This document shows positions 8,192 to 16,253 of a stretch of DNA of 64,000 nt, piece after piece (positions within the stretch are counted from its first letter, which is position 1; every line of letters begins with the position of its first letter). This stretch comes from a virus. The translations under genes and the position numbers were made by a program. The stretch lies in the IMG/VR virus record IMGVR_UViG_2513237127_000006; one strand, given 5' to 3'. The notes under the pieces were generated by a model. It did not search any database. It was not told where the DNA came from and saw nothing but the letters and a program-made list of their open reading frames with translations.

Positions 8192-8567
8192 TTTGTTCAA
8201 TGACCTTCCCCTTGACAGTGTTATCCGCATCGCAATCGACGATCCGTTGCAGCAACAGATCACGCACGGTGTCTTGAGTCAGCCTGACGTTGACCACTCC
8301 AAGAATGGCGGAGAGACCACCATCCTCTGCGAGGAAGTCAATCCCTCGTGGTGTCAATGTAATCATGAACGCCCAATCATCGCTCTCGTTGATGCTTGTG
8401 CCTTCGCATTCAATGAGTCCATGTCCGGCAAGGTAATGCACCTCGGCTCGGATAATGTTCATGTCGAACTCAGGTGTATTAATCGCATTGATCGCTGCTG
8501 GCCACGGGTAAACCTCACGGGCAAGTTCGAGCAAGCGACGTTGTCTATTCCGATTAAATTTATCCAT
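8076..8567 (-). CDS. Cassette B cargo, 163-aa hypothetical protein with winged-helix-like N-terminus
   Basis: Strong AAGGAGG SD; YLAGHGLI...ITLTPRGIDFL pattern typical of wHTH phage proteins. Confidence 0.75.
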   Translation of the reverse strand: MDKFNRNRQRRLLELAREVYPWPAAINAINTPEFDMNIIRAEVHYLAGHGLIECEGTSINESDDWAFMITLTPRGIDFLAEDGGLSAILGVVNVRLTQDTVRDLLLQRIVDCDADNTVKGKVIEQIKSLPASGIQKIAEKVLEASLRNLPDAIRWLQTVIPTL

Positions 8568-8591
8568 TTATTGCCCTCCTTGGGGGCTGTC

Positions 8592-8608
8592 GAGGTGTCC
8601 GATGCGGC
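8592..8608 (+). repeat. Cassette-boundary repeat R3 GAGGTGTCCGATGCGGC
   Basis: Exact copy of R2 after unrelated sequence. Confidence 0.85.
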
Positions 8609-8914
8609 CTAAACCTGAGTTTTCAACTTCTTTTCTTTCCCGATTACCAAAGGTAGTGCGTCTCTGGTGGTTTCGATTACACAAGCAACCGCACTGTGTG
8701 GAATGTGGAAAACGGTTGGCTGGGTTTGAATTTCTCCGGGCGGGGGTTGGCCTTCTAGAACTACTGAAAGGTAGTGGTTTTCCATGTCCACGTGCGTGCA
8801 AATCCAAAACGCGCGGCTGCCAAAACGGCCATCTTGGGGGCGAAATTTCCCGATGATCAATTGGCTCAAGGCTGCATTTGTATGCAGTACTACAACGAAT
8901 ACTTTTTCTTCCAT
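8609..8914 (-). CDS. Cassette A2 cargo, paralog of 7485-7790
   Basis: Two aa differences from A1 (V14A, F19L). Confidence 0.65.
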   Translation of the reverse strand: MEEKVFVVVLHTNAALSQLIIGKFRPQDGRFGSRAFWICTHVDMENHYLSVVLEGQPPPGEIQTQPTVFHIPHSAVACVIETTRDALPLVIGKEKKLKTQV

Positions 8915-9005
8915 GCCGATCTCCGGTAGTGATTTGGTTGATTGGAAACACCAATTCTACCGGCAGGTTGGCTCCAACCCGATTTCGATTGGCTCTGCAC
9001 TTACG

Positions 9006-9022
9006 GAGGTGTCCGATGCGGC
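9006..9022 (+). repeat. Cassette-boundary repeat R4 GAGGTGTCCGATGCGGC
   Basis: Exact copy of R2. Confidence 0.85.
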
Positions 9023-9240
9023 GTGATGGTTTGGAACGGACACGTGCTCGTGTACCCGTTTCTATGGACGCACTCCGCGTCAAGGAATACGAGGCTAAAG
9101 CCGAACTGCTGCGGTTGAAAGCAGCAGCAATAGACGATCCCTTACTTAAAGAGCGTCTTTTGGCGCAGTCCAGCCTTGCATCTCTTGGTGCAAAGCGAAT
9201 TGCAAATCTTTGTAACTCATTCAAACGGTGTGCCGTTTGA
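9016..9240 (+). CDS. 74-aa helical ORF starting inside R4
   Basis: SD+ATG from repeat; amphipathic helical composition. Confidence 0.45.
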   Translation: MRRDGLERTRARVPVSMDALRVKEYEAKAELLRLKAAAIDDPLLKERLLAQSSLASLGAKRIANLCNSFKRCAV

Positions 9241-9293
9241 TGCGCTGTCTTCGATCTTTTCAATGACATTGAATAACCCTTGGTAATGAATCC

Positions 9294-9482
9294 ATGTATG
9301 CCGATCCAACCCACATTCGTAGCCACCCAGTGAAGGTGCGTTTTAACGATGCCGAGCGCAAATTGATCTTTGCGTTGGCTCAATACAACGGGATGCAACC
9401 GGCGGCGTTAGTTCGTGAATTGGCGTTATCGGTAGCCACTGCTGCGATAAAGAATGATAAGCAGCAAGCAGACGCAGCTTGA
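9294..9482 (+). CDS. Small DNA-binding-like protein (ribbon-helix-helix-like)
   Basis: PVKVRFNDAERKLIFALAQYNGMQPAALVRELAL resembles RHH pattern. Confidence 0.6.
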   Translation: MYADPTHIRSHPVKVRFNDAERKLIFALAQYNGMQPAALVRELALSVATAAIKNDKQQADAA

Positions 9483-9727
9483 AGTGCCAAACCAGGCCCT
9501 TTGGAGGCCCTGTGGAAATTGATCTAAGCCCTGCTGATCGAAAAATATTTGAGCAATACGCACAAATCTATGGACTGGCTTGTGTTGATGAAGCGGTAGA
9601 ACACGCTGCAAAACAAGCACTAAAGGACGCTTATCTGTTACGGGCCAAGAATGGGCATTCGCCTCTTGGAGAAGGCGTGGTGCTTTATTTGAAGGGACTT
9701 AAAAAGCCCTCAAGGAATCAAGAATGA
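9479..9727 (+). CDS. Hypothetical phage protein
   Basis: TTGA overlap with upstream gene; alternative in-frame GTG with GGAGG SD. Confidence 0.55.
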   Translation: MKCQTRPFGGPVEIDLSPADRKIFEQYAQIYGLACVDEAVEHAAKQALKDAYLLRAKNGHSPLGEGVVLYLKGLKKPSRNQE

Positions 9728-9796
9728 AAGCAAGCGATGACAGCGTGAGCTTGACCCGTATGAATGACCGTAAGAGGAAAGGTTGTTATGTATATC

Positions 9797-10096
9797 TCAG
9801 TGGCTCCCTTTGATGACCCTGTAGGCAGCCTCGTTGGCGAGGGCAACAAGCGCCTTATTATCGATATTGCGGCCGGTCCTCCGGCACCAGGCAACGAAGT
9901 CAGTGGATCGTATCTCGGCCTTGATGGTCCTGATGCCCTGGTCATTGAGGCGTTTGAAGTGTTGCTCCGCAGCGGCTTCCCATTCAGCGTACGTCCGATG
10001 CCAACGGCGCTCGGGAAGGATGGGCTTACGGTAGAACAGGGCGCGCAATGAGTACTGGCCGACAGTCACGGACTGTGTCGTGATCTTGACCCACAT
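9797..10096 (-). CDS. Antisense-oriented hypothetical protein
   Basis: Protein-like TYAEWEAAAE...FVAWC segment; start uncertain. Confidence 0.5.
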   Translation of the reverse strand: MWVKITTQSVTVGQYSLRALFYRKPILPERRWHRTYAEWEAAAEQHFKRLNDQGIRTIKAEIRSTDFVAWCRRTGRNIDNKALVALANEAAYRVIKGSH

Positions 10097-10114
10097 TCAC
10101 CGCTGCGGTACCGT
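10086..10114 (+). promoter_or_regulatory. Putative promoter for c4-like RNA / antirepressor unit
   Basis: TTGACC-17-TACCGT. Confidence 0.5.
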
Positions 10115-10200
10115 CGCCGGTAAGGAGCTTAAGAACTCCGAAATCGGCGGTACCCGCACCCGAAACCCATGCGGTTTTTTTACGCCCGTACGTTTTACGT
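10115..10200 (+). ncRNA. C4-like antisense RNA (P1 c4 / P4 CI type)
   Basis: GGAG-CTTAAGAA-CTCC hairpin and CCGAAATCGG are complementary to downstream CCGATTTCGG-TTCTTAA (10251-10267); ends CGGTTTTTTTACGCCCG; Ash-like peptide frame; upstream of BRO antirepressor. Boundaries approximate. Confidence 0.55.
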
Positions 10201-10340
10201 CGGGAGGGCGGCAGCCATACAACACCCGCAAGGGGAAAGCTGCCCGCCGTCCGATTTCGGTTCTTAACCTCCCGACACCCACAGGTGCGGCGCGTAAGAA
10301 CGTCTCCCTGTGTTCTTCTCATAAATCGGGAGACATTTTT

Positions 10341-10940
10341 ATGTCGCAGTCCATCATTCCGTTCGATTTTCATTCCCACACTGTCCGCGTTGTGATGCGC
10401 GATGGCAATCCGTGGTTTGTTGCTGGCGATGTTTGCAGGGCGCTGAATTACTCCAACACAAGCAAGGCTCTTGGGGATCATCTAGATTCCGATGAGCGCG
10501 CCACCATTGAGATTCCTACCCCTAACGCCCCGTTAGGGGTTCCTACCAACATCATTTCCGAGTCTGGCCTATACGCCTTGATACTCCGCTCCAGAAAGCC
10601 AGAAGCACGTAAGTTCTCCAAGTGGGTAACCTCGGAAGTCCTTCCCTCGATCCGCAAGACGGGAAGCTACACCGCCACGGGAACGCTGGTGAATGACGAT
10701 GTGCTTTATGCCATCTGGATTCTGTGCAGCCAATTCAAGTCGCTGCATGAAACGGTATTCACCAACAAGGTTCCGCAAGCACTGGCATGGCTTGGGGCTA
10801 GGCAGATGAGCGGGGCGCTTTACGACCGTCTGCTAGATGGCCTGCACGGCGGCGTTGGCCCTATAGAGAAGGCCCTCGGCCCTCAGATGGAGCGGGTTGC
10901 GCAACGGGTCAGGGGGATTACCTATCGCCGCTTCAGCTAA
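10341..10940 (+). CDS. BRO-N domain antirepressor (in-frame upstream extension to GTG 10080 is Ash-like)
   Basis: MSQSIIPFDFHSHTVRVV..PWFVAGDVC..IISESGLYALILRSRKPEARKFSKWVTSEVLPSIRKTG; GGAGA SD. Confidence 0.85.
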   Translation: MSQSIIPFDFHSHTVRVVMRDGNPWFVAGDVCRALNYSNTSKALGDHLDSDERATIEIPTPNAPLGVPTNIISESGLYALILRSRKPEARKFSKWVTSEVLPSIRKTGSYTATGTLVNDDVLYAIWILCSQFKSLHETVFTNKVPQALAWLGARQMSGALYDRLLDGLHGGVGPIEKALGPQMERVAQRVRGITYRRFS

Positions 10941-11074
10941 CACCTGCGGCTGTCTGTCTGGCCGTACTCCTTAATTAGTAAGGAGTGACTTTCAAATCGC
11001 TAAACCACCCCCGCAGTTAAAAAGGGCGGGCTGCGGGGGTGGCCTCAACTCGCCCAAAACAAAGGAAAGTTCTT

Positions 11075-13606
11075 ATGAGTGATTCTATCACAATCCTGAA
11101 ACACCCCGTAAATACCCTCGCCAAAACATGGTGCGCTGATGGCACGGTGAAAGCCTACGACAACGCCAAGTTCTTCGAGGTGGAGCAACGACCGCTCAAC
11201 AATAGCCGCGAGCTGTCTGCACTCCTCACGGAGCTGGAGCAGAACCGGCATGCCTGTGTCATCCGTGGCGTGTATGTGGGCGATGCCAAAGCCGCTGCGC
11301 TGGATACAGAGTTCCAGAAAGGGAAAGCACGGCGCATTGCCGAGCTGTACGAGGATATCCCGCATCACTGGATGCTTGTTGAGATCGATAACTTCGAGCC
11401 ACTGCGCCTTGATCCGGTCGCCGATCCGGTGGGGAGTATCAGCGAGTTCATCGACGCACATCTCCCGTTCTGGTTCGCAGGTGCGGATTACCATTGGCAG
11501 TTATCCAGTAGCGCGGGGCGGCCTGGGAGTGAAGGGAAGCTAAAGGCTCATGTATGGTTCTGGCTACATACGCCGTACACCAGCGCACAGCTCAAAGCCT
11601 GGGCCACTGCCTGCGCTCCAGCCCTGGACGCTTCTGTATTTAATACGGTGCAAATCCACTACACCGCCGCCCCTGTGTTTGAAGCCGGTGTGGCCGATCC
11701 GGTGCCAGTGCGTAGCGGCTTTGTGAAAGGCCTTCTTGAGGATTCTGTATTGCTGGAGATTGATGCGGCGATACTGGAAAGCGCCAAGAGTGAAGGCAAA
11801 CCCAGCCGCCAACACAAGCTCATGGCTGCGGCGGCTAACGATCCCGTGGCTGTGCGCCTTGAAGAACGCGGAATGATCTTATCGACCGGTAAGGCCGGTG
11901 AACTCTTTATCGAATGCCCCTTGACTAAGCAGCATACGCAAGCCTCTAACCCCACCGCCACGGTGTATTACCCAGCGCATACCGGAGGCTATGCCAATGG
12001 CGCGTTTGTATGCCAACACGCTCACTGCCGAGGGTTGCCACAAACGGCGTTTCTACACGAGATAGGAATCTATTCCGATGAGGAAATGCTAGACATGTTC
12101 GAGGACCTCACGGACGCGCCTGCCACGCTAGCCATTGAGCGGCACGACGTGCCCGAAGCGCTGTACCTAACCACCGACAAAGCGAACGCAGTGCGGATCG
12201 CCAAGCACTACGGCAAACGGATCATGGTGTCTGCTGAGCGCTGGTTCGTCTGGGAAGGCACCCACTGGGCGCATGATACGGATGCGGCACGCCTGCTAAC
12301 GTTAAAACTCTCCAAAATCATTCACGGCGAAGTGGAGCAATGGCGCACCAAACGCGCCGACACAGAGAAGGAGAAAAGCAAAAACGCAAAGATCGCCGCT
12401 GCGCTGGATGCATGGGGCAAGAAGTCGGAAATGCGCAGCACTGTTGAGGCGGCGATGGCGCTGGCTAAATGCATGATCGCGGTGAAGCCCAAACAACTGG
12501 ACACAGACCCCTGGCTATTGAACTGTGCCAATGGCACGTTGGACCTGCGCACCGGAACGCTCAAAGCGCATCGCCCAGAGGACTACATTACGCGGGTCGT
12601 TCCCGTTAACTACACGCCGGATGCCGCTGCACCTGTGTTTAAAAAGACACTGGCACGTATTACCTGCGAAGAGGGGCAGGCCCAGCAGCCACTCAGCAAC
12701 TTCCTGCAACGCTGGTTCGGCTACTGCGCCACCGGCTCGGTACGTGAGCATAAGCTGGCCGTGCTGTACGGGATGGGCCGTAATGGGAAAAGCACGCTAC
12801 TGGACTTAATCTCGGGGATTCTTGGCGCTTACGCAAGCGCGGCGGCCCCTGGGTTGCTGATGGACGGCGGCCACGACCGGCACCCCGCCGAGATCGCTAA
12901 GCTTTTCGGACAGCGCATGGTGACGGTGAATGAAACCAGCGAAGGCGGCGTATTGCGTGAAGGCTTCGTCAAGCAGGCTACTGGCGGCGATACGCTCACT
13001 GCGCGCTACTTGTACGGCGATTTCTTCGACTTCAAACCCACGCATAAGCTGCAACTGCTGACTAATCATAAGCCGGTGATCAAAGGGCAGGACGTGGGCA
13101 TCTGGAGTCGCCTGATGCTCATTCCGTTTGAAGCGCGCTTCGGCACCGCTGAAGAGGTAGAGGCAGGGATCGCCCAATACCCAATAGATCATAAGATCAC
13201 TGAGAAACTGGCCGCTGAGCGAGAAGGCGTCTTGGCGTGGGTTATAGCTGGTGCCGTGGAATGGTACAAGAACGGGCTGAACCCTCCGGAGGTTGTACGG
13301 GACGCTTCCAAGGACTACCAGACGGAGCAGGATCGAATTGCCCAGTTCATTGCTGAGGAATGCGTATTAGGGATGGAACATGAGGAGAAACTAACCGCGC
13401 CGATGGGCGGTGGCCTCTACCCCGCGTATACGCAATGGTGCAAAGACAGCGGTGTTTACGCGCTATCCAAAGTCCGTTTTCTTGGCGAATTGGAGCGGTG
13501 CGTGCCGAAGTTTGGGAAAAAGCATGTATATGAAACCCCTGAAGGGGGAAAGCGCCGGATGTTTCTAGTTATTCAAGGTATCGCGTTGACGGGCGCTGAC
13601 CTGTAA
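11075..13606 (+). CDS. Phage primase-helicase, P4/D5 family (N-terminal primase domain, D5_N, SF3 helicase)
   Basis: AAGGA SD; LLNCANGTLDLRTG (D5_N), Walker A GMGRNGKST, KQATGGD, TNHKPVI. Confidence 0.9.
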   Translation: MSDSITILKHPVNTLAKTWCADGTVKAYDNAKFFEVEQRPLNNSRELSALLTELEQNRHACVIRGVYVGDAKAAALDTEFQKGKARRIAELYEDIPHHWMLVEIDNFEPLRLDPVADPVGSISEFIDAHLPFWFAGADYHWQLSSSAGRPGSEGKLKAHVWFWLHTPYTSAQLKAWATACAPALDASVFNTVQIHYTAAPVFEAGVADPVPVRSGFVKGLLEDSVLLEIDAAILESAKSEGKPSRQHKLMAAAANDPVAVRLEERGMILSTGKAGELFIECPLTKQHTQASNPTATVYYPAHTGGYANGAFVCQHAHCRGLPQTAFLHEIGIYSDEEMLDMFEDLTDAPATLAIERHDVPEALYLTTDKANAVRIAKHYGKRIMVSAERWFVWEGTHWAHDTDAARLLTLKLSKIIHGEVEQWRTKRADTEKEKSKNAKIAAALDAWGKKSEMRSTVEAAMALAKCMIAVKPKQLDTDPWLLNCANGTLDLRTGTLKAHRPEDYITRVVPVNYTPDAAAPVFKKTLARITCEEGQAQQPLSNFLQRWFGYCATGSVREHKLAVLYGMGRNGKSTLLDLISGILGAYASAAAPGLLMDGGHDRHPAEIAKLFGQRMVTVNETSEGGVLREGFVKQATGGDTLTARYLYGDFFDFKPTHKLQLLTNHKPVIKGQDVGIWSRLMLIPFEARFGTAEEVEAGIAQYPIDHKITEKLAAEREGVLAWVIAGAVEWYKNGLNPPEVVRDASKDYQTEQDRIAQFIAEECVLGMEHEEKLTAPMGGGLYPAYTQWCKDSGVYALSKVRFLGELERCVPKFGKKHVYETPEGGKRRMFLVIQGIALTGADL

Positions 13607-13623
13607 CGAAAAGAAGTACAGCG

Positions 13624-13670
13624 CCCTCGGCATCTCGCAAATGGCTGTTAGCGAGATGCCGAGGGTTTGT
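13624..13670 (+). terminator. Perfect 15-bp hairpin after primase gene (terminator-like)
   Basis: ccctcggcatctcgc / gcgagatgccgaggg followed by tttgt. Confidence 0.6.
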
Positions 13671-13689
13671 AGGGTGTTAAAGCCGCACC

Positions 13690-14060
13690 GCCTACAGTCA
13701 CACCCCTGCACTTCTTACACTTGCGTTTTTCGATATCAATCTAAACTCGTTGCTTAAAATATGTACACCATACACGGGGGCTAACAGGAAATTGTACGTT
13801 TTCGTAGTGCATTAAGTGCAAGGCTGCACTACCTACACTGTTTCTGCCTATGTTTTTCTATTGTCCGTCCCAACTCATTGTATAAAAAATATACAGCATA
13901 TATAGAGAGAAATAGGAAATTGACCCAAATAACAGTGCGGGCAGTGCACACCCTTAACCGCAACCCCATTCTCGCGCCCGTACATCCAGCCACTGCCACG
14001 ACGGCGGAAGAAAGCGCCGCCGCATCACCCAATAATCTTCTTTATAATCAATGGGTTATA
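13690..14060. other. Candidate replication origin / AT-rich regulatory region
   Basis: Non-coding; many YRCAC pentamers, GTAGTGCA/TGCACTAC and TGTATA/TATACA inverted repeats, consensus IHF site AATCAATGGGTTA at 14046-14058. Confidence 0.4.
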
Positions 14061-14097
14061 CTAGTCCCCATGCTTTTTTGTGATGGGTGAGTGGCCA

Positions 14098-14715
14098 ATG
14101 CAAACAACATGCTTTCTGCAACGCTCCAATCCGCCCCGCTTGCTGGCGCGTTTGCCTTTGGATGGGAAGCCCTGCGTTGCGAGATGCGGGGATACCGTAG
14201 GGGTTGGGGTGAGGCACACCGTCGCTACCAGGTTGCCTGCCAGTGTGCAGGAGTTAGCGGATGTCATCGGACGGGAGCAAGCGTTAACCCTGATTGGTCA
14301 GTTGCCGCGTACGTATCCCAAAGGCCGCCGCAGTGGCAAGGTGATTTTGTATATCCCTAAGGCTTTATCACCCAATCACCGATTGGTATCCATTCTGGGA
14401 TGGGAGGATGCACAAAAGCTGGTGGATGTTTTCGGTGGGGAGATTTTGCAGCCAGCCAATTGCAATTGCATTGCCCGCCATGCGCGGGATTGTGCAGTTG
14501 TGGGGCTTTTGCGTCGTGGTGTGCCCTTGGATGTCATTGCCGCGATATTTGGGATCAGTGTCAGGCACGTCAGGAATTTCGCTGGGGGTAGTCCCTGGCA
14601 CCCGTCACGGAAAACCTGTCACAGGACGTGCGCCGAGGAGACGCGCAGGATGACCGGCAATGAATGTCTCCGGGACGTGTCATGCAGACCATTGGTGAAG
14701 AAGGCATTGCACTGA
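14098..14715 (+). CDS. Mor/C-like late transcription regulator (start uncertain)
   Basis: [40 protein letters not shown] and C-terminal HTH ([12 protein letters not shown]); lies before lysis genes. Confidence 0.65.
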   Translation: MQTTCFLQRSNPPRLLARLPLDGKPCVARCGDTVGVGVRHTVATRLPASVQELADVIGREQALTLIGQLPRTYPKGRRSGKVILYIPKALSPNHRLVSILGWEDAQKLVDVFGGEILQPANCNCIARHARDCAVVGLLRRGVPLDVIAAIFGISVRHVRNFAGGSPWHPSRKTCHRTCAEETRRMTGNECLRDVSCRPLVKKALH

Positions 14716-15170
14716 TCAAATTTTTTGAGGGTTGCAAGTTGAACCCGTACACCTGTCCTGGTGGAGTGTTGACGATTGGCTACGGCGAGACGGGCAAGCA
14801 CGTTGTGCCTGATATGTGTCTTGCCAATGAGCAGGAAGCCGATGCGATGTTACGTGCACGCTTAGCCAAAGAGTTTGAACCGGCTGTACGGCGTTATGTG
14901 CGTGTGCCACTCAAGCAACAGCAGTTTGATGCGTTGGTGTCGTTGAGCTTCAACATTGGTACGGGTGCGTTCCACCGCTCGACGCTGTTACGCAAGCTCA
15001 ATGCCGGTGATGTGGCTGGTGCGGCGGAGCAATTTCATGTGTGGAAGTTTTCAAGCGGTCGTGTGCTTCCTGGCTTAGTTCGGCGTCGAAAAGCCGAACG
15101 TTGGCTATTTGAAGGCAAAGATTGGCGGGCCACATTAGCAGCCGAGCATGCTGCGGCGAAGAAGGCATAA
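14682..15170 (+). CDS. Endolysin, GH24 lysozyme
   Basis: E-x8-C-x5-T catalytic pattern ([21 protein letters not shown]), [22 protein letters not shown]. Confidence 0.92.
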   Translation: MQTIGEEGIALIKFFEGCKLNPYTCPGGVLTIGYGETGKHVVPDMCLANEQEADAMLRARLAKEFEPAVRRYVRVPLKQQQFDALVSLSFNIGTGAFHRSTLLRKLNAGDVAGAAEQFHVWKFSSGRVLPGLVRRRKAERWLFEGKDWRATLAAEHAAAKKA

Positions 15171-15171
15171 G

Positions 15172-15501
15172 GTGATTGATCCCTCAACCATGATGTCCTG
15201 GTGGAAAGAAGCGTTTTACACGTGCCTTGCGATGGTGGCAGGGATACTTGGCTACCTGATGCGTTCTCTAGACAACGGTGAGAAACCAACCTGGGCGCGT
15301 GTGCTGATCGAAGCCAGTGCGGCGGGGCTGGTGGGGCTGTTTGCGATGTGGGTGTGTGAGTCTCTGGAGTTAAGCCAGCAACTGACAGCCGTCACTGTGG
15401 GGGTGTTTGGTTGGCTTGGAGCCTCTGCCAGTTTAGACCTAATTCAAAGCTTCATAGTCCCCAAAGTGGGGGGTGGGAGAAGGAGTTCGGATGATCGTTA
15501 A
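15172..15501 (+). CDS. Holin
   Basis: About 109 aa, three hydrophobic segments, basic C-terminus, between endolysin and spanins. Confidence 0.75.
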   Translation: MIDPSTMMSWWKEAFYTCLAMVAGILGYLMRSLDNGEKPTWARVLIEASAAGLVGLFAMWVCESLELSQQLTAVTVGVFGWLGASASLDLIQSFIVPKVGGGRRSSDDR

Positions 15502-15952
15502 TACACTGCGTCGCGTCGCAACACGTTTGCCCAGTGTGCGGCTGTTGATTGAGTACATGATGATTGGTGCGTTGGTGGCGCTGGTGGCACATGCGGTGCT
15601 GGCGTGGTCCGAGCGCAGTCAATTAGCGCAGCGGGCGGCGCAGCTGGAAGGCCAGTTAGCGGCGGTGGAAAGCACGTTGGATGCGCAGGTCGCGATCAAC
15701 ATGGAGCAAGACGCTGCAATTGGACGGTTACGCACTTTACGGGAGATTGACAGCCGCGCGATGTCGGGTTTGCAGTCTGATCTGAATCGGATCACGTTGC
15801 GCGACCGGGCATTGCGGCAGCGCATCACACATTTGGAGCAACACAGCGATGAGGCGAAAGCTTTTTTGGATAGGGATGTGCCTGATGTGCTTGGGTGCTT
15901 GCTCGACAGGGACGGCTGTCAAGCCAGTCACCCTCACGCAAAGCCGCGTTGA
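15491..15952 (+). CDS. Rz: Inner-membrane spanin (Rz-like)
   Basis: AGGAG SD; N-terminal TM plus coiled coil. Confidence 0.7.
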   Translation: MIVNTLRRVATRLPSVRLLIEYMMIGALVALVAHAVLAWSERSQLAQRAAQLEGQLAAVESTLDAQVAINMEQDAAIGRLRTLREIDSRAMSGLQSDLNRITLRDRALRQRITHLEQHSDEAKAFLDRDVPDVLGCLLDRDGCQASHPHAKPR

Positions 15953-16178
15953 GGTGATCATCCCGCCGCAGGTGTTGTTGCAGCCGTGTGAGGCGCCGGA
16001 ATTGCCACGTGTAGAGACCGTCCGCGATGTGTTGAACCAGACGTTGGGATGGCGTTTTGCCTATGAACAGTGTGCGGCGCAAGTGCGCTGTGTTGCGGCA
16101 TGGGTGCAGGCGGCACGGAGGGGGCAGCCGTGGTTCTCAGATGGCTGCGGAATGGAAGACAGCGATACCTCACCGTGA
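15849..16178 (+). CDS. Rz1: Outer-membrane spanin lipoprotein (Rz1-like)
   Basis: Lipobox LGAC; overlaps Rz 3' end; Pro/Cys periplasmic domain. Confidence 0.7.
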   Translation: MRRKLFWIGMCLMCLGACSTGTAVKPVTLTQSRVEVIIPPQVLLQPCEAPELPRVETVRDVLNQTLGWRFAYEQCAAQVRCVAAWVQAARRGQPWFSDGCGMEDSDTSP

Positions 16179-16253
16179 CCATGGTGTAGTGGCATCTGGT
16201 GGATGTGGAAGCGTCAAATGAGCGAATTTAGCTGCAATTTGACAGATTTTCAT

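Noticed and set aside
7467-9026. 17-bp repeats as a CRISPR array
   Set aside because: Spacers are 400-700 bp and carry genes, the repeat is non-palindromic and encodes SD/ATG, and there is no cas operon.
7467-9026. Integron or shufflon
   Set aside because: No attC-type imperfect palindromes or inverted sfx sites; repeats are direct; the only recombinase is an ordinary phage integrase beside attP.
7279-9398. Long minus-strand ORFs 7279-8106 and 8568-9398 (275/276 aa)
   Set aside because: They run across repeat boundaries and through cro antisense, have low-complexity Arg/Ser/Pro composition, and overlap better-supported genes in other frames.
9764-10051. 95-aa plus ORF as a functional protein
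   Set aside because: Antisense to the more protein-like 9797-10096; kept only as a possible bridge peptide.
13829-14090. ORFs 13829-14032 (-) and 13878-14090 (+)
   Set aside because: Lie in an AT-rich, repeat- and palindrome-rich region better explained as origin or regulatory DNA; no SD or protein motifs.
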